From the NCBI GenBank assembly GCA_951406725.2, contig OX597831.1, positions 16,182,001-16,246,000 on the forward strand: a stretch of 64,000 bases of DNA, written 5' to 3'. The translations under genes and the position numbers were made by a program. This document shows, one piece after another, positions 27,065 to 38,892 of the stretch; positions within the stretch are counted from its first letter, which is position 1; the number at the start of each line of letters is the position of its first letter. The DNA is from Octopus vulgaris (lineage: Eukaryota). Under the pieces are notes generated by a model. That model was not told the origin of the DNA and searched no databases. It was given only the letters and a program-made list of their open reading frames with translations.

Positions 27065-28294
27065 ATGACTAACTTGCAGGCCTGCAACAGACGAAATTGG
27101 TCTGATAACGAAATTGATGTTTTAATAAACACATGGCTCTCTCTTTCCCAAACAGAAAATCTAAATGTCTTGTGTTTGAATGAGATTGCCGAAAAAACAT
27201 CACAAGTGGTCAACACACGATCCGTCAAACAGATTCGTAGCAAGTTGAAACATATCGAAGTATCTTTCAAACTGATAAGAGGCCATTATGAAAAGCTTCT
27301 ACATATTTTCACAGTTCAAGAACAACAACAGCTAGAAAATCAGCAGCCACAACAACAACAACAACAGAATGAGCCACTCCTGGTTCCCAACACAATGGCT
27401 GACCCTGACATCGGTCAGGCACAACAACAACAACAACAGCCACAGCAACAAGAACAACAACAGCCACTCCTCAACTCTAGCTTACTAGACGATTCACTAA
27501 ATGCCAGTATCTTTTCACCGCTCTCACAGCAACCACCACAATTATCATCATCATCATCACCACCGCTGCCACCATCGTCTTCTATCACCAAAAATACCAA
27601 CAGAAAACCAAATAAGAAACCACTGCCCTCTTCCCCCACATCACCACCTCAATACTACTGCAGTAACAAAAACTTAAAGAAACATAGGAAGCAGAATGCG
27701 CCCCCCACGGCACAAACAAGAAATCCCCAAATATGCCGCTATTCACTGCGCCAGAGACTCTGCACAAATAGTGACTGCATCTTCACGCATCTACCCGGCA
27801 CTAGACGCACTACTGGCCAAGGCCAAAGCACGCATCCCACAATAACATCAACACCACCAAATAGTAAATCGAAATTCAAAACACACACAACTCGGAGTCC
27901 CAAAATCTGCCGGTATTCCCAACGTGAGAGAACATGTCTACTGAGTGACTGTCCCTTCACTCATCTTCCAGGGACCCGACGCACAAACAGAAACGGGGCC
28001 TCAAGCCAACACACAAACCTGAATAACAATAAAAATAGAAACACACCATGCTGCAGTAATGCTGGTCCAGTCTTTTCAGGAAGACACAAAAACAACAACA
28101 ACAAAAGTGGAAACTACAACCCTATCCAACAGTGCAACCACACCTCCAGCCAAAAACTGCTCCCTAAGCAGGAAAATTCTTTTTTAGCCATGTTGAACAT
28201 GGCAAAAGAGATACACAAAAACATTCTAGCCATCACTCAACACCATCCTATGCTATTACCCCAGTGCACCAATTCCCCACATTGCTGCCACTAA
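27065..28294 (+). CDS. LINE ORF1: N-terminal Myb/SANT-like region, polyQ, two CCCH zinc fingers
   Basis: 409 aa intact; RNWSDNEIDVLINTW..IAEK..RSVKQIRSKL; C-x8-C-x4-C-x3-H twice. Confidence 0.85.
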   Translation: MTNLQACNRRNWSDNEIDVLINTWLSLSQTENLNVLCLNEIAEKTSQVVNTRSVKQIRSKLKHIEVSFKLIRGHYEKLLHIFTVQEQQQLENQQPQQQQQQNEPLLVPNTMADPDIGQAQQQQQQPQQQEQQQPLLNSSLLDDSLNASIFSPLSQQPPQLSSSSSPPLPPSSSITKNTNRKPNKKPLPSSPTSPPQYYCSNKNLKKHRKQNAPPTAQTRNPQICRYSLRQRLCTNSDCIFTHLPGTRRTTGQGQSTHPTITSTPPNSKSKFKTHTTRSPKICRYSQRERTCLLSDCPFTHLPGTRRTNRNGASSQHTNLNNNKNRNTPCCSNAGPVFSGRHKNNNNKSGNYNPIQQCNHTSSQKLLPKQENSFLAMLNMAKEIHKNILAITQHHPMLLPQCTNSPHCCH

Positions 28295-31200
28295 CACACA
28301 CAAAAAATCCAAGCCCCCTGCAACAGTCAAAACCAGCCACTACACTAACCTCCACATTCCTACTCAATGCACAAGGTGTCAGCCCTTCCATCAATGCACA
28401 AAAATGGAAGGTCCAATTCATTGAAGACTGGGTTGGTAACCATTCACACCACATCCCTTTCTTCATTCTCACTGAGACCCACCTTGACAACTCCCACTTG
28501 GAAGCCGAAGTGAGAGTGAAGAATTTCACAACCATCCGCGCGGATCGTATCGGCAGGAGGAAGGGTGGAACTGCCATTTTCCTGCATGATTCATTTACGG
28601 CAGATGGAAATAGTATATTCTCCAACGGCTACTGTGAATCAGTCACCGTGCACAACAAAGCCAATGATCTGACAGTAATTGGGCTCTATAGGCCGCCCCA
28701 AACACCCATACTGTGCTTTAAAGAATGCCTCAACAGCATTAAGTGCTTTATTCAACAGTGCCATTCTAGCAACATACTCATGATGGGAGACTTCAATCTA
28801 CCCTGTGTTGACTGGACTACAAACTGTTTGAAACCAAGCACTCCCGCCTCAACCGCTGACAAAGAAGCAGCAGAGTCACTTTTCGACTTTACGAATGAGT
28901 TTTTCTTGTCCCAACTTGTCCTTGCACCAACAAGACATCAGAACATTTTGGACCTAGTGTTTAGTAACCACACTAACACTATACATAACGTTACAGTGGA
29001 AAAAACCCTTCTTTCAGACCATGACATGGTTCTCTGTAACATGAAATTCCACCAGCCGAAAGCTAATCCTAGTGACCTTCCTCCAGCCCACCCATTTGAC
29101 AACATGGATCTCCATAAAGCCAACTGGGATGCAATCAGGAACGAGCTATCAAATGTTGACTGGTCCTTTACACATACACACATCTCCACCAACCATAAAA
29201 CATCTTGGCAGATCTTTGTAGACACCGTCACAGACATATGTGCAAAACACTCCCCACCAAGACCTGTGAACAAAAAGTGCAGAATCCCCCAAAACAGAAA
29301 AACCATTATCAGAAAAATAAAAAGAACAAACAAAAAAATTAACAAACTAAAGTACTGCCAACAGCAACACACACATTCGACGGCTATCGCACTGCTTGAA
29401 TCCAAAAAATATAACCTCCAACAATGCATGAAGTCCCTCATCAATAACCAAAGATCAGCTGAGGAGAAGTGGGCCATTGAAAAAATCAAACTCAACCCCA
29501 AAGTGTTCTTTTCATTTGCGAGGAAACGCAGGGTCACTGTCTCCACTGTAGGCCCTCTAATTGACGAAACTGGCACTCTCCAAGATAATGCCAAATCCAT
29601 GGCCGAGATACTGCAGAAACAATACTGCTCTGTTTTCAGCAATCCTGATATGGCCGATCTGGGCTGTATCAGTGATGTCAACCCCCAACACACTATATCG
29701 GACATAACGTTTAGTGCCCCTGATGTCTTAGCGGCGATAAACGAAATAAAACACAATTCAGCAGTAGGCCCCGATAGGTTCCCTGCTTGTATCCTGAAGG
29801 TGTGTCGACACCAACTTGCATCTCCCCTTGCTAATCTGTGGAGAAACTCACTGGATGCTGGCTATATTCCAAAAACCTTCTGTCCCAGTCTGTTGTCCCA
29901 GTTTTCAAAAAGGGAAACAAGTCCCTTGCAGTGAATTACCGTCCGATCTCACTCACCTCTCATATCATCAAGGTATTTGAGAGGGTGGTGAGATCTCAAA
30001 TAACCCAATTTCTGGAAAGCAACAGACGGCTGATCTCCAACCAACATGGGTTCCGTAATGGAAGGACTGCCTAACGCAGCTCCTGCATCACTTTGAGGAC
30101 ATTTTGAGAGCTTTGGGAGAGGGCTCCAACACCGATGTCATCTACCTTGATTTCAGTAAGGCCTTCGACAGGGTCGATCACAAGATCCTATTGAAAAAAC
30201 TATCCAACATTGGTGTCTCTGGAAAGTTACTGAAATGGATTAAGTGTTTCCTGACAGACAGATCTCAACATGTTGTAGTTGAAGGGGTAAAATCAAGCCC
30301 AGCCAAAGTCAGTAGTGGCGTTCCGCAAGGCACTGTGCTGGGCCCACTTCTTTTCATCATTTACATTAATGACATTAATGACATCATCAAGCACAGCAAC
30401 ATAAAAATCTTTGCAGATGACTCCAAGCTACAGAAGGTCATAAATGAGGCGAGTGACCGGACATGCCTTCAGTCAGATCTACTGGCTGTTATCCAATGGG
30501 CAGAAAAAAACAATATGCTGCTGAACGAGGATAAATTTGAGCTAATCCACTTTGGAAAAGAGGATGCCCTGAAACTCCCATACTCCCTTCCTTCAGGTGA
30601 AACTCTCGCGGCGTCCAACAACATCAGAGACTTGGGAGTAATTGTGGACAACAACGTAAGCTGGGCCACTCATATAAACACCAAAGTTGACATGGCCCGC
30701 AGAATGTGTTCCTGGATTCTCAGAACTTTCCAGTCGAGAGATATCCACACCATTATCCTTCTCTTCTCCACTTTTGCCCGACCCCACCTTGAATACTGTT
30801 GTCCACTGTGGTCTCCCCACACAATACAAGGTATCAAAAAAGTCGAAGCACCTCAAAGGGCAATCACAAAAAAGATAGATGGCATGACAGGCCTCGACTA
30901 TTGGGGTCGACTAGAAAAGCTAAAACTCTATTCTCTCCAACGTCGTCGTGAGCGCTACATCATCTGCATGATGTGGAAAATATTCCATCAGCATTGCCCA
31001 AATGATGTTGGCATCACCTTTAAGGTACATCCAAGGCTTGGGCCCCGTGCCATCCGCCCAAAACAAAAATCGCACTCTCATCTCATAACAACAATACGGC
31101 ACAATTATTTCACCTCAATTGGCCCCGCTCTCTTTAACATTACACCAAAACACATTAAAACAGAAACTGACCCTATAGGGTTCAAGAAGTCTTTGGACAG

Positions 31201-31297
31201 ATTCCTTCAAGAAATCCCGGATAAACCCCCTACACCCGGATATGTCTCTGTAAACAATAACTCTCTACTTGAGTGGGCCATAGTGCCCAAATTCTGA
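28168..31297 (+). CDS. LINE ORF2: APE endonuclease + reverse transcriptase (two single-base frameshifts)
   Basis: LNAQG, LTETH, GDFN, LDL, SDH; NYRPISL, QHGFR, YLDFSKAFD, GVPQG, FADD; breaks at about 29873 and 30065. Confidence 0.9.
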
Positions 31298-32251
31298 CTT
31301 GAAAGACTTCACCAGGTGGTGCTATTAAGTTAGACATGGCCTGGGCCAATAATGGCCGAAACCTATCAAAGTATCAAAGTAAGTAAGTATATATATATAT
31401 ATATATATATATACGCACACATATATATATACACACACACACAAGCGTAATGATAGATATATATTTATACGTAGACATATTTATGTACTTATATTTATGT
31501 ATTAATATTTTTGCACCAGTTTACACGTTCACACACATTAGCATATGCATGTGTTTGCGCGTGCGTCTGTGAGCAGCACACGCAACGTACAGATAATTTC
31601 CATTGTTTTTTTTGTAGCTTGGTTTCATTCTGTATAATTGTTTCCATCTATTCCAGCTGTAACTGCAAATGTTCGATCCTTTTCAGCTGCTCTGGGAATT
31701 CTTGCAAGTGATCGCATGACGTATTGATTTCCTTATTTTTCTAATAAGGATGTTTGAAAAATATCTCTTACAGGTTTTGTTTTGGAGCGCAATTGAAATT
31801 ATTGTATTCAAGAGAATTTTGTACACCTTACGAAATGGGGATCGACCGCAAAAATGTCCAAACGCAGCAGTTTACGCGTTGGGAAAACTTCTCGGTTGTG
31901 TTGTTGATTCCATAACTGACATCCACGTTGAAATAAGATACGTAATGCCATCCTGAATTAATATTATTTTCAATTTTTGCACAAAACCAGCTATTTCAAG
32001 GGACGGGTTAAGTCGATTACATCTACTCAGTGTTCACCCCGAAATGATGAAAGGCAAAGTCGCCCTCGGCGGAATTTGAACAGAAATTGTAAGATTGCAC
32101 TAATCACAGCAAAGCATTTTTCTTGTGATCTTAAAATTAAGAGCCACCTCTTCGCTTTCCGAGTCTGAAATGATATTGCTTCTGTCGCTAATAAGGAATT
32201 TTTCGCGAATAGATATATCAAATGTTAACCGCATAATATAGTGTTAAATAT

Positions 32252-32730
32252 AGGCGCAGACGTTTGTGTGTGGTAAGACGCTTGATAACCCTCATCACAT
32301 TGTTCCGTGTTCAATACCAGAACGTGACCCCTTAGGCAAGTGTCTCCTGCTGTAGCCTCAGCCTGACAAAAGTTTTGAGAGTGTATTTGGGGGTAGGAAA
32401 TTGAAAGAAGCCAATCGTAGGAATATATGGGTGTGTGTATGTGTGTGTGTGTGTGTTTGTGTCTGTGTATGTGTGTGTGATTGTGGGTGTATGTGTGTGT
32501 GCATGTGTATGTGTATGTAGTTTGTATTTCTCCCCAACTACCTCTTGACAACACTTTTTTGGTGTGTTTACGTACCCGTAACTTAACGGTTCGAAAAGGT
32601 CACCGATACAATAAGGATCAGGCGTGACACATTTCTTAAAAATGGGTTCGATTCATTCCAATACCAATACTTCAAGGCGGTGCCCTAGTATGGCCATTGC
32701 CTAGAGAATGATGTACATAAAAGATAAAAG
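32252..32730 (+). mobile_element. SINE family 3 (tRNA-like head, internal (GT)n)
   Basis: GGCGCAG..TGGTAAG head, GTTCAAT B-box-like motif, GGCAAGTGTCT core; relatives at 4725, 44552, 60310. Confidence 0.75.
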
Positions 32731-33334
32731 ATGATGTAATATGGACAATATGTATACTCGGCCCTTTGTCTAGCAGTCGGTTATAGCAACGCACTGTAGC
32801 ATATTCAAGATGCATTTCATTAAATAGTAATGAAGCTATGTAAATTACATTCTTTCCATTTGGATTATTAAGCAGTAAATCATGTTGGATGAGCTTAACA
32901 ATGATTTAACATTCACTGATACTCACTACTCATAATGTATTCGGCTGTTATTATTTCTGGGGGAGGACGTCAGCTATATAAATTATATAACTACGGAATT
33001 CTTTAATCATACAATACATCTGCTTTCATAATCACTCATATACATTTGTTCCTGTTAGAAATTCTTGTGTCTGTATATATATGTGTGTGTGTGTGTGTGT
33101 GTATTTATATAAATAAGGATAAGATCGTTAATTTAAATATCGATCTTATCAGGTGTCCAGCATGGGAATAAAAACCTTCAAAGGTAATAATTATTACTAA
33201 AATTATAATATAGGGTATCTAAGAGATACCGCCACGCTGGAAATAGCAGCCAGAACCTGACTCTAAAACTACATTAAATCTTCATACAGTACCAGGAGGG
33301 AAGACAAAATAAACCAGCAAAAAATTACTGGATA

Positions 33335-33392
33335 ATTCCAGATCCCGGATTTCTGACTTTGCATAAGAAATGCTTTGCCTCGTCAGTGGAAT
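33335..33392 (-). ncRNA. hammerhead ribozyme within an inverted repeat
   Basis: minus strand ATTCCA-CTGACGA-GGC..GTCA-GAAAT-CCGGG-ATC-TGGAAT; 6-bp stem I. Confidence 0.6.
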
Positions 33393-34000
33393 ATACGCAG
33401 ATAGTAACATAATTTTTTTGCTAGTTTATTTTGTCGTTTAGTCTTCTCTCCTGGTGCTGTATGAACATTCAATGAGGTTTTAGAGTCAGGTTTTGGCTGC
33501 TATATCTCCAGGTCGGTTTCTCTTAAATACCGTAAATTATAATTTTATACATATTGAAATATATTTCTGTTTATTCAAACTTTTAAACACTTCGTATCGC
33601 TTGTACATTCAGATACACATACACACAACCAGAGAAGTACTCATACATGTAGATAAGCTTTCACTCGTCGATTACAGATGTTTTGACGAAATAAGCTATC
33701 TACTTACTGATTATTCGTAGAAACGTTTGAGGCTTATGCAGATATGGGAAATATCGACATAATTTGAGACAAAGCAATGTATAATACGATTGGCAGGTTG
33801 GGTCATACAGATTGACCATGTGAGGGATATCACACGACTACCGTATTATTTCTTCATCGGAATTTAGTAGACTCTGGGCCAGAGATTGACAAAGGATAAC
33901 GTATATAACGTTTTAATATCGATTAGAAATTTGCGTTATAATATTACATGAACTTCCACACACTCTCACGAACAGTCACACACACGTATATACACAGGTG

Positions 34001-34084
<84 letters not shown>

Positions 34085-34114
34085 TGATTCGTAAACGCAC
34101 ATATATACACACAC

Positions 34115-36560
34115 ATCATCATCATCACCATTGTTCGACCGTGGTCGAGACAATGGAATTTACCATGCTACGCCAGACTTTACGGTCCATCATGGCATTA
34201 CGGAGGTCCTGTTGCTGGATGCCTGTATCCCTGGAGATTACATCAGGGTAGGAGAGTGTGCGCCTTCAGGTATTGCGAGTAGATGACTTCCAGAGGAGAA
34301 GAGTAGGAATTACCTCTTTTTCAGCTCTACAACAATGTCCAGCAAACTGGACTCTCTTACCTTTCACAAGAGATGACACAGGTGGTAGTTTCCCATATAT
34401 TTGCATTTTTGTTGGATGGCGCTTTCACGAGAGATTTTGAGCTCTCATAAGGAGGCGAGTGTAGGTCCCATCCAACCGCCTCTCAAGCTTCTTTGATAAC
34501 GTCCAGGTTTCTGAGCCATATATTAGAATTGGTTCGACTGTGGCTTTGAAGATTTCAAGTTTGAAGTCTCTACTTAGATTTGATGACCAGATCTTATGCA
34601 TGTCATTACAGGCTGACCAGGCCATACCTTTTCTAGTTAGAAAGTCTTGTCCAGATGATGATATGTATGACCCAAGATATTTGTAATAAGAAACCATATT
34701 TAAGGGCGCATTGTTGAGAGTATGGACGATGCAAGAGTATGGATGATCACTGTTGGACAGGCACTTGTTTATGTTTTCAGTCTTGGCCTCATTGAGGTAA
34801 TGACCTACACAATTTGAAGCTTGTTCAAGAGATTGTAAAATAGACTGGGCATTGGATAGATAATCACTGATAAGAGCGATGTCGTCAGCAAAGTCAGTGT
34901 CTGTCAAGTACTCAGCTGGGTGTCTGGAACTTCTTCTTGGTTTTATTTCAAAGCCCTTGCCAGAGATGGTATCAACTGACATACGTAGCACATAATCAAC
35001 AACAATGATGAAAAGAATTGGGGCGAGTGTGTCTCCCTGCAGTATTCCGGCTTTGATTGAGAAAGATGATGCTTCTCCGTCAGGTGTTAAGATGGTTGAA
35101 GACGTATCTGTGTAGAGGACCTTGATGGCAGAAATGATTTCGTCTGGTATTCCATAGAGCTTAAAGATTTCAAAACATCTTTACCTATCTACAGAATCGA
35201 ATGCTTTAGAAAAGTCTACAAATACCATTGCAAGATCGTGATTAAATGCTTTTGATTCTTCAATAAGTCTGAGTAGGCATAGTATCTGGCTCAGCGTTGA
35301 GCGCCCATGTCTGAATCCATTTTGCTTCTTTCGGAGCAAAGGTTCAACAAAAAAGACAAGACGATTTAAGATCAGTTTGTTGTACAGTTTTGCAGTAATT
35401 GACATTAGAGATATACCCCTGTAGTTGGTGACGAGGGACAAATCGCCTTTTTTGGGTATTGGGATGATTTGGGACTGGTGCCAAATCTTTGGAGCGACAA
35501 AGGTGGAAAGTGTGTGGTTGCAGACGTTGAGCAAAAGTGTGTGAAATCTATCATTCTTCCAAATTATAGCTGGGATGTTGCCGGGACCAAATGCTTTCGA
35601 GGCTTTTAGTTGCTTGGTGGCTGCTGTTAGTTCAAATATGGTAAAAGGGGAGGTGTTGATGTCCAGCGTGTCTGATATAGGCACACTTGGAAGAGTGGGG
35701 TTATCAGGGATTTTGGCATTCTTCCCAAGGAGGTTTTAAAATGGGTCGACCAATTTTCTAAACGCTTCTTAGCTGATCCCACTTTAATTATAATTCATGA
35801 CCCAGAATTTTTGCCTGATAGGTCTTTGATGGATTTCCAGGCGAGATGGTGTTTTTAATAATGTGCTCTTTGGATAGTTTACTAATTTTGTCATTGATAA
35901 ATTCGACCTCGGCGTTCAAGTAAGCCTCATCAAGATTCTTCTTGGCAGCTATGAGTTGGATCTTCAGTGACTGGGATGGGGAACGGTGGTAAGCTAGTGA
36001 TATAGACTTTAGATGGTTTCTGGCTTCGATGGCATTTGGGGAATTAGAAGGTTTGCTCTGGCCCCTACTCTTCTTTTGGGGAAGAGTAACCAGTGCAACT
36101 TCCTCTGTTGATTTGATGAGGCAGCTGTATACTTCTTCAATGTTCTCAGCTTCTATTTCAGAAGTAGACAAATATTGAAATGTGTTATATAACTCAATAG
36201 TAAATTGCTTGGGCATATCGGGGTTAGACGAGACTTCCTCTCAGTCGATCGTTTTCATCGGGTGAGGCTTAGCTTTTTTGGATGCGCGAAGACTAAGCTT
36301 AACGGTAGCTGATACAATTCTGTGGTCAGAGCCGACAGAACTAAAGGAAGAGTAGGATCTCGAGTTTTTAACAATATTGTGCGATTTCTTTCGAAAGATG
36401 AGGTAGACGATTTGTGCCCTACCACCAAGAGGGGACTCAAATGTCCAAAGTTGACCTTTTGATTTCATAAAAGAATTGTTCGAGGTGTAGAGATTAAATT
36501 CCTCCAAGAAGTCTTTGAGCATTTCTTCGTTCCGATTAGTTTTAGAGTTGAAAGTAAATT
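34115..36560 (-). mobile_element. RTE-group LINE, 5'-truncated, degenerate
   Basis: SDH endonuclease end; NYRGISL, QNGFR, FVDFSKAFD, DFADD, YKYLGS, YGSETW; (GAT)n tail. Confidence 0.9.
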
Positions 36561-36724
36561 AAATATGAGTGTAGATATGTGCAGTTAAGTAAGAATGCGA
36601 GTAGGAAGGGAGAATGGTAGAGATCATTTTTGTGAAGTAGCCAAGCACAGATTTGGCATCATTCTATGAAGTATAAAATTCGGATGTGTTCAGGACAAGA
36701 AGGAAATGTGATATATCGACTTAC

Positions 36725-36761
36725 CAACAATAAGAAAACATTTCCATATTAGAAATTTTTT
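36725..36761 (-). pseudogene. decayed signal-peptide exon, paralog D
   Basis: nucleotide similarity to paralog B exon 1 and its UTR (TTCTTATTGTTG|GTAAGT; TCTGCAAAT.TCTGC); ATG lost. Confidence 0.65.
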
Positions 36762-37739
36762 GCAGATATTTGCAGAAAATCAAACCTACTATGAAATAAT
36801 TGTAGAATTTCAAAACAAGGAGTAGTTACAAAACAATGGAACTTCATGTCATTATATTTGTGTTATTATCTGATTTTCTCTTCTGTGATTTAGATAAATG
36901 TAGAAATGTCCTCTTTAGTTATACTTTAGTGTAATGGTTGCACTGTGAGTTATTTTATTTAAGAACATATTCAACAACATTTAGTGTAAATAGTTTTTTT
37001 TTTATATCTAAAGCACTGATTTTGTGTGATAGGTCCATTGCTTCGGACTAAATTATTCATGTGAAGTTCTAAGTGCCCCAGATTCAGGATGTCCGTTCAA
37101 TTGTTGGAACCCCTAGGCATCACAATTTCCTGATTTCCAGCTTCGTTGTCAGATATCTGTGTAGCCGCTTCTCGAATGTTTCCTGTCAACCGTCCACGTA
37201 CGCACTTCTCGAATGGTTTAATAGCCTGAATGTAACGATTAGTGATCGGAGATTTTAGCTGTTTGGTAGGAGTGACGAGGGACAGATTCCGTTGAAATAT
37301 TATAAACGGTTTTCTAATTCTATTTGAGAGTACATCAACGACAGTATGTAAATACGTGTGTGTGTATGCATATTTACGTGTGTGTATATACGTAAATATG
37401 CGTATAGGTATATGTGTAATTTCGAATGTATACATACAAGTATATATGTGGGAGAAAGTTAATATTTGTGTATGTATATATATATATTAGAGTATGTTGA
37501 AATATATATGTGTATAAAACAGCCATAACAAGATATATGAACAAGAAAGCGGATCAACCCGGTCTGGCAGAACGAATTGTGCCTGGCACCGCAGCAGGGC
37601 TCTGTCGATTGTTCTGCCAATACCGAGAATGTTTATACGTTTAACATTGAGTTTCATGACATCTATCTGCACGTGTGTGTTTGAGTGTGTGTATGTGTGT
37701 GTGACCACAAGACGTCCAGGGTGTGTGTACGGAAGTATG

Positions 37740-37816
<77 letters not shown>

Positions 37817-38101
37817 ATGTATGTGTGTGTGTGCGTGTGTGTGTATGTGTATGTATACTTATGCATATAATCTATCCATGTAAATATATACTCACGCATA
37901 TATAAATATATATATGCATGTATATATATATACATACATATATATACACATATGTATAAATAAATATATATATAGATATCTAGATATATATATACATATA
38001 TATATATATATGTACATACACACACACACATATATATATGTATATATATATATAAATACATATATGCATATATATATATGTATGTATATATATACATATA
38101 T

Positions 38102-38167
<66 letters not shown>

Positions 38168-38501
38168 AGGAGTAGGGGAATCTTATCGAGCTTTTGGTGG
38201 ACATATTTTGTGACAGACCATGCCTTTCTCTTGCTTTGCTCAAATCTCATTTGAGGAACTATGAAATACAAATTGTCACCAAATTGTGTGCCATAAAGTT
38301 TGCATATCTAACGGAGCTCTCAAAAGGCATTTTACAATCCACAAAGATCAGAACTGTGCATCAGCACTTAGGTGGTCCAAATCACTTTTCAATACATTGT
38401 CTTGTTTAACAAGCCATATGAGACGCCATGCTGGATCTAACGACTAAGTCCAAGAAGTGATCAGACTCTTCCGAAGGATTAGACAGCCACCATATACATA
38501 C

Positions 38502-38548
<47 letters not shown>

Positions 38549-38822
38549 GGAGGTGGAAATAGCTGAGAAGTAAATAAGAATCTGTTCCTGTTCATCAGAC
38601 AAAAACAACCTGTTTTTACAGCAAATTTTTACAAATTTTTATTGTCATTTATTAAAATGAGATTCATTGAAAACGGTAATGTTTCTTTATATAATTTTGA
38701 AAACTATTTTTATTAAATTCCCTCTTAATTTGAAATGTCTTAGATTTACTTCCCTGCTAATTCCACCTCCATCATTTATATATATAAATTTCATCTGTAT
38801 ACATGCCTAATCGTTTATCAAC

Positions 38823-38892
<70 letters not shown>

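Larger units (their letters stand above)
26741..31388 (+). mobile_element. near full-length CR1-group (APE-RT) LINE inserted in (TA)n
   Basis: ORF1 plus APE-RT ORF2; short-repeat 3' tail (TATCAAAG)2 then TAAG repeats; (TA)n on both flanks. Confidence 0.93.
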
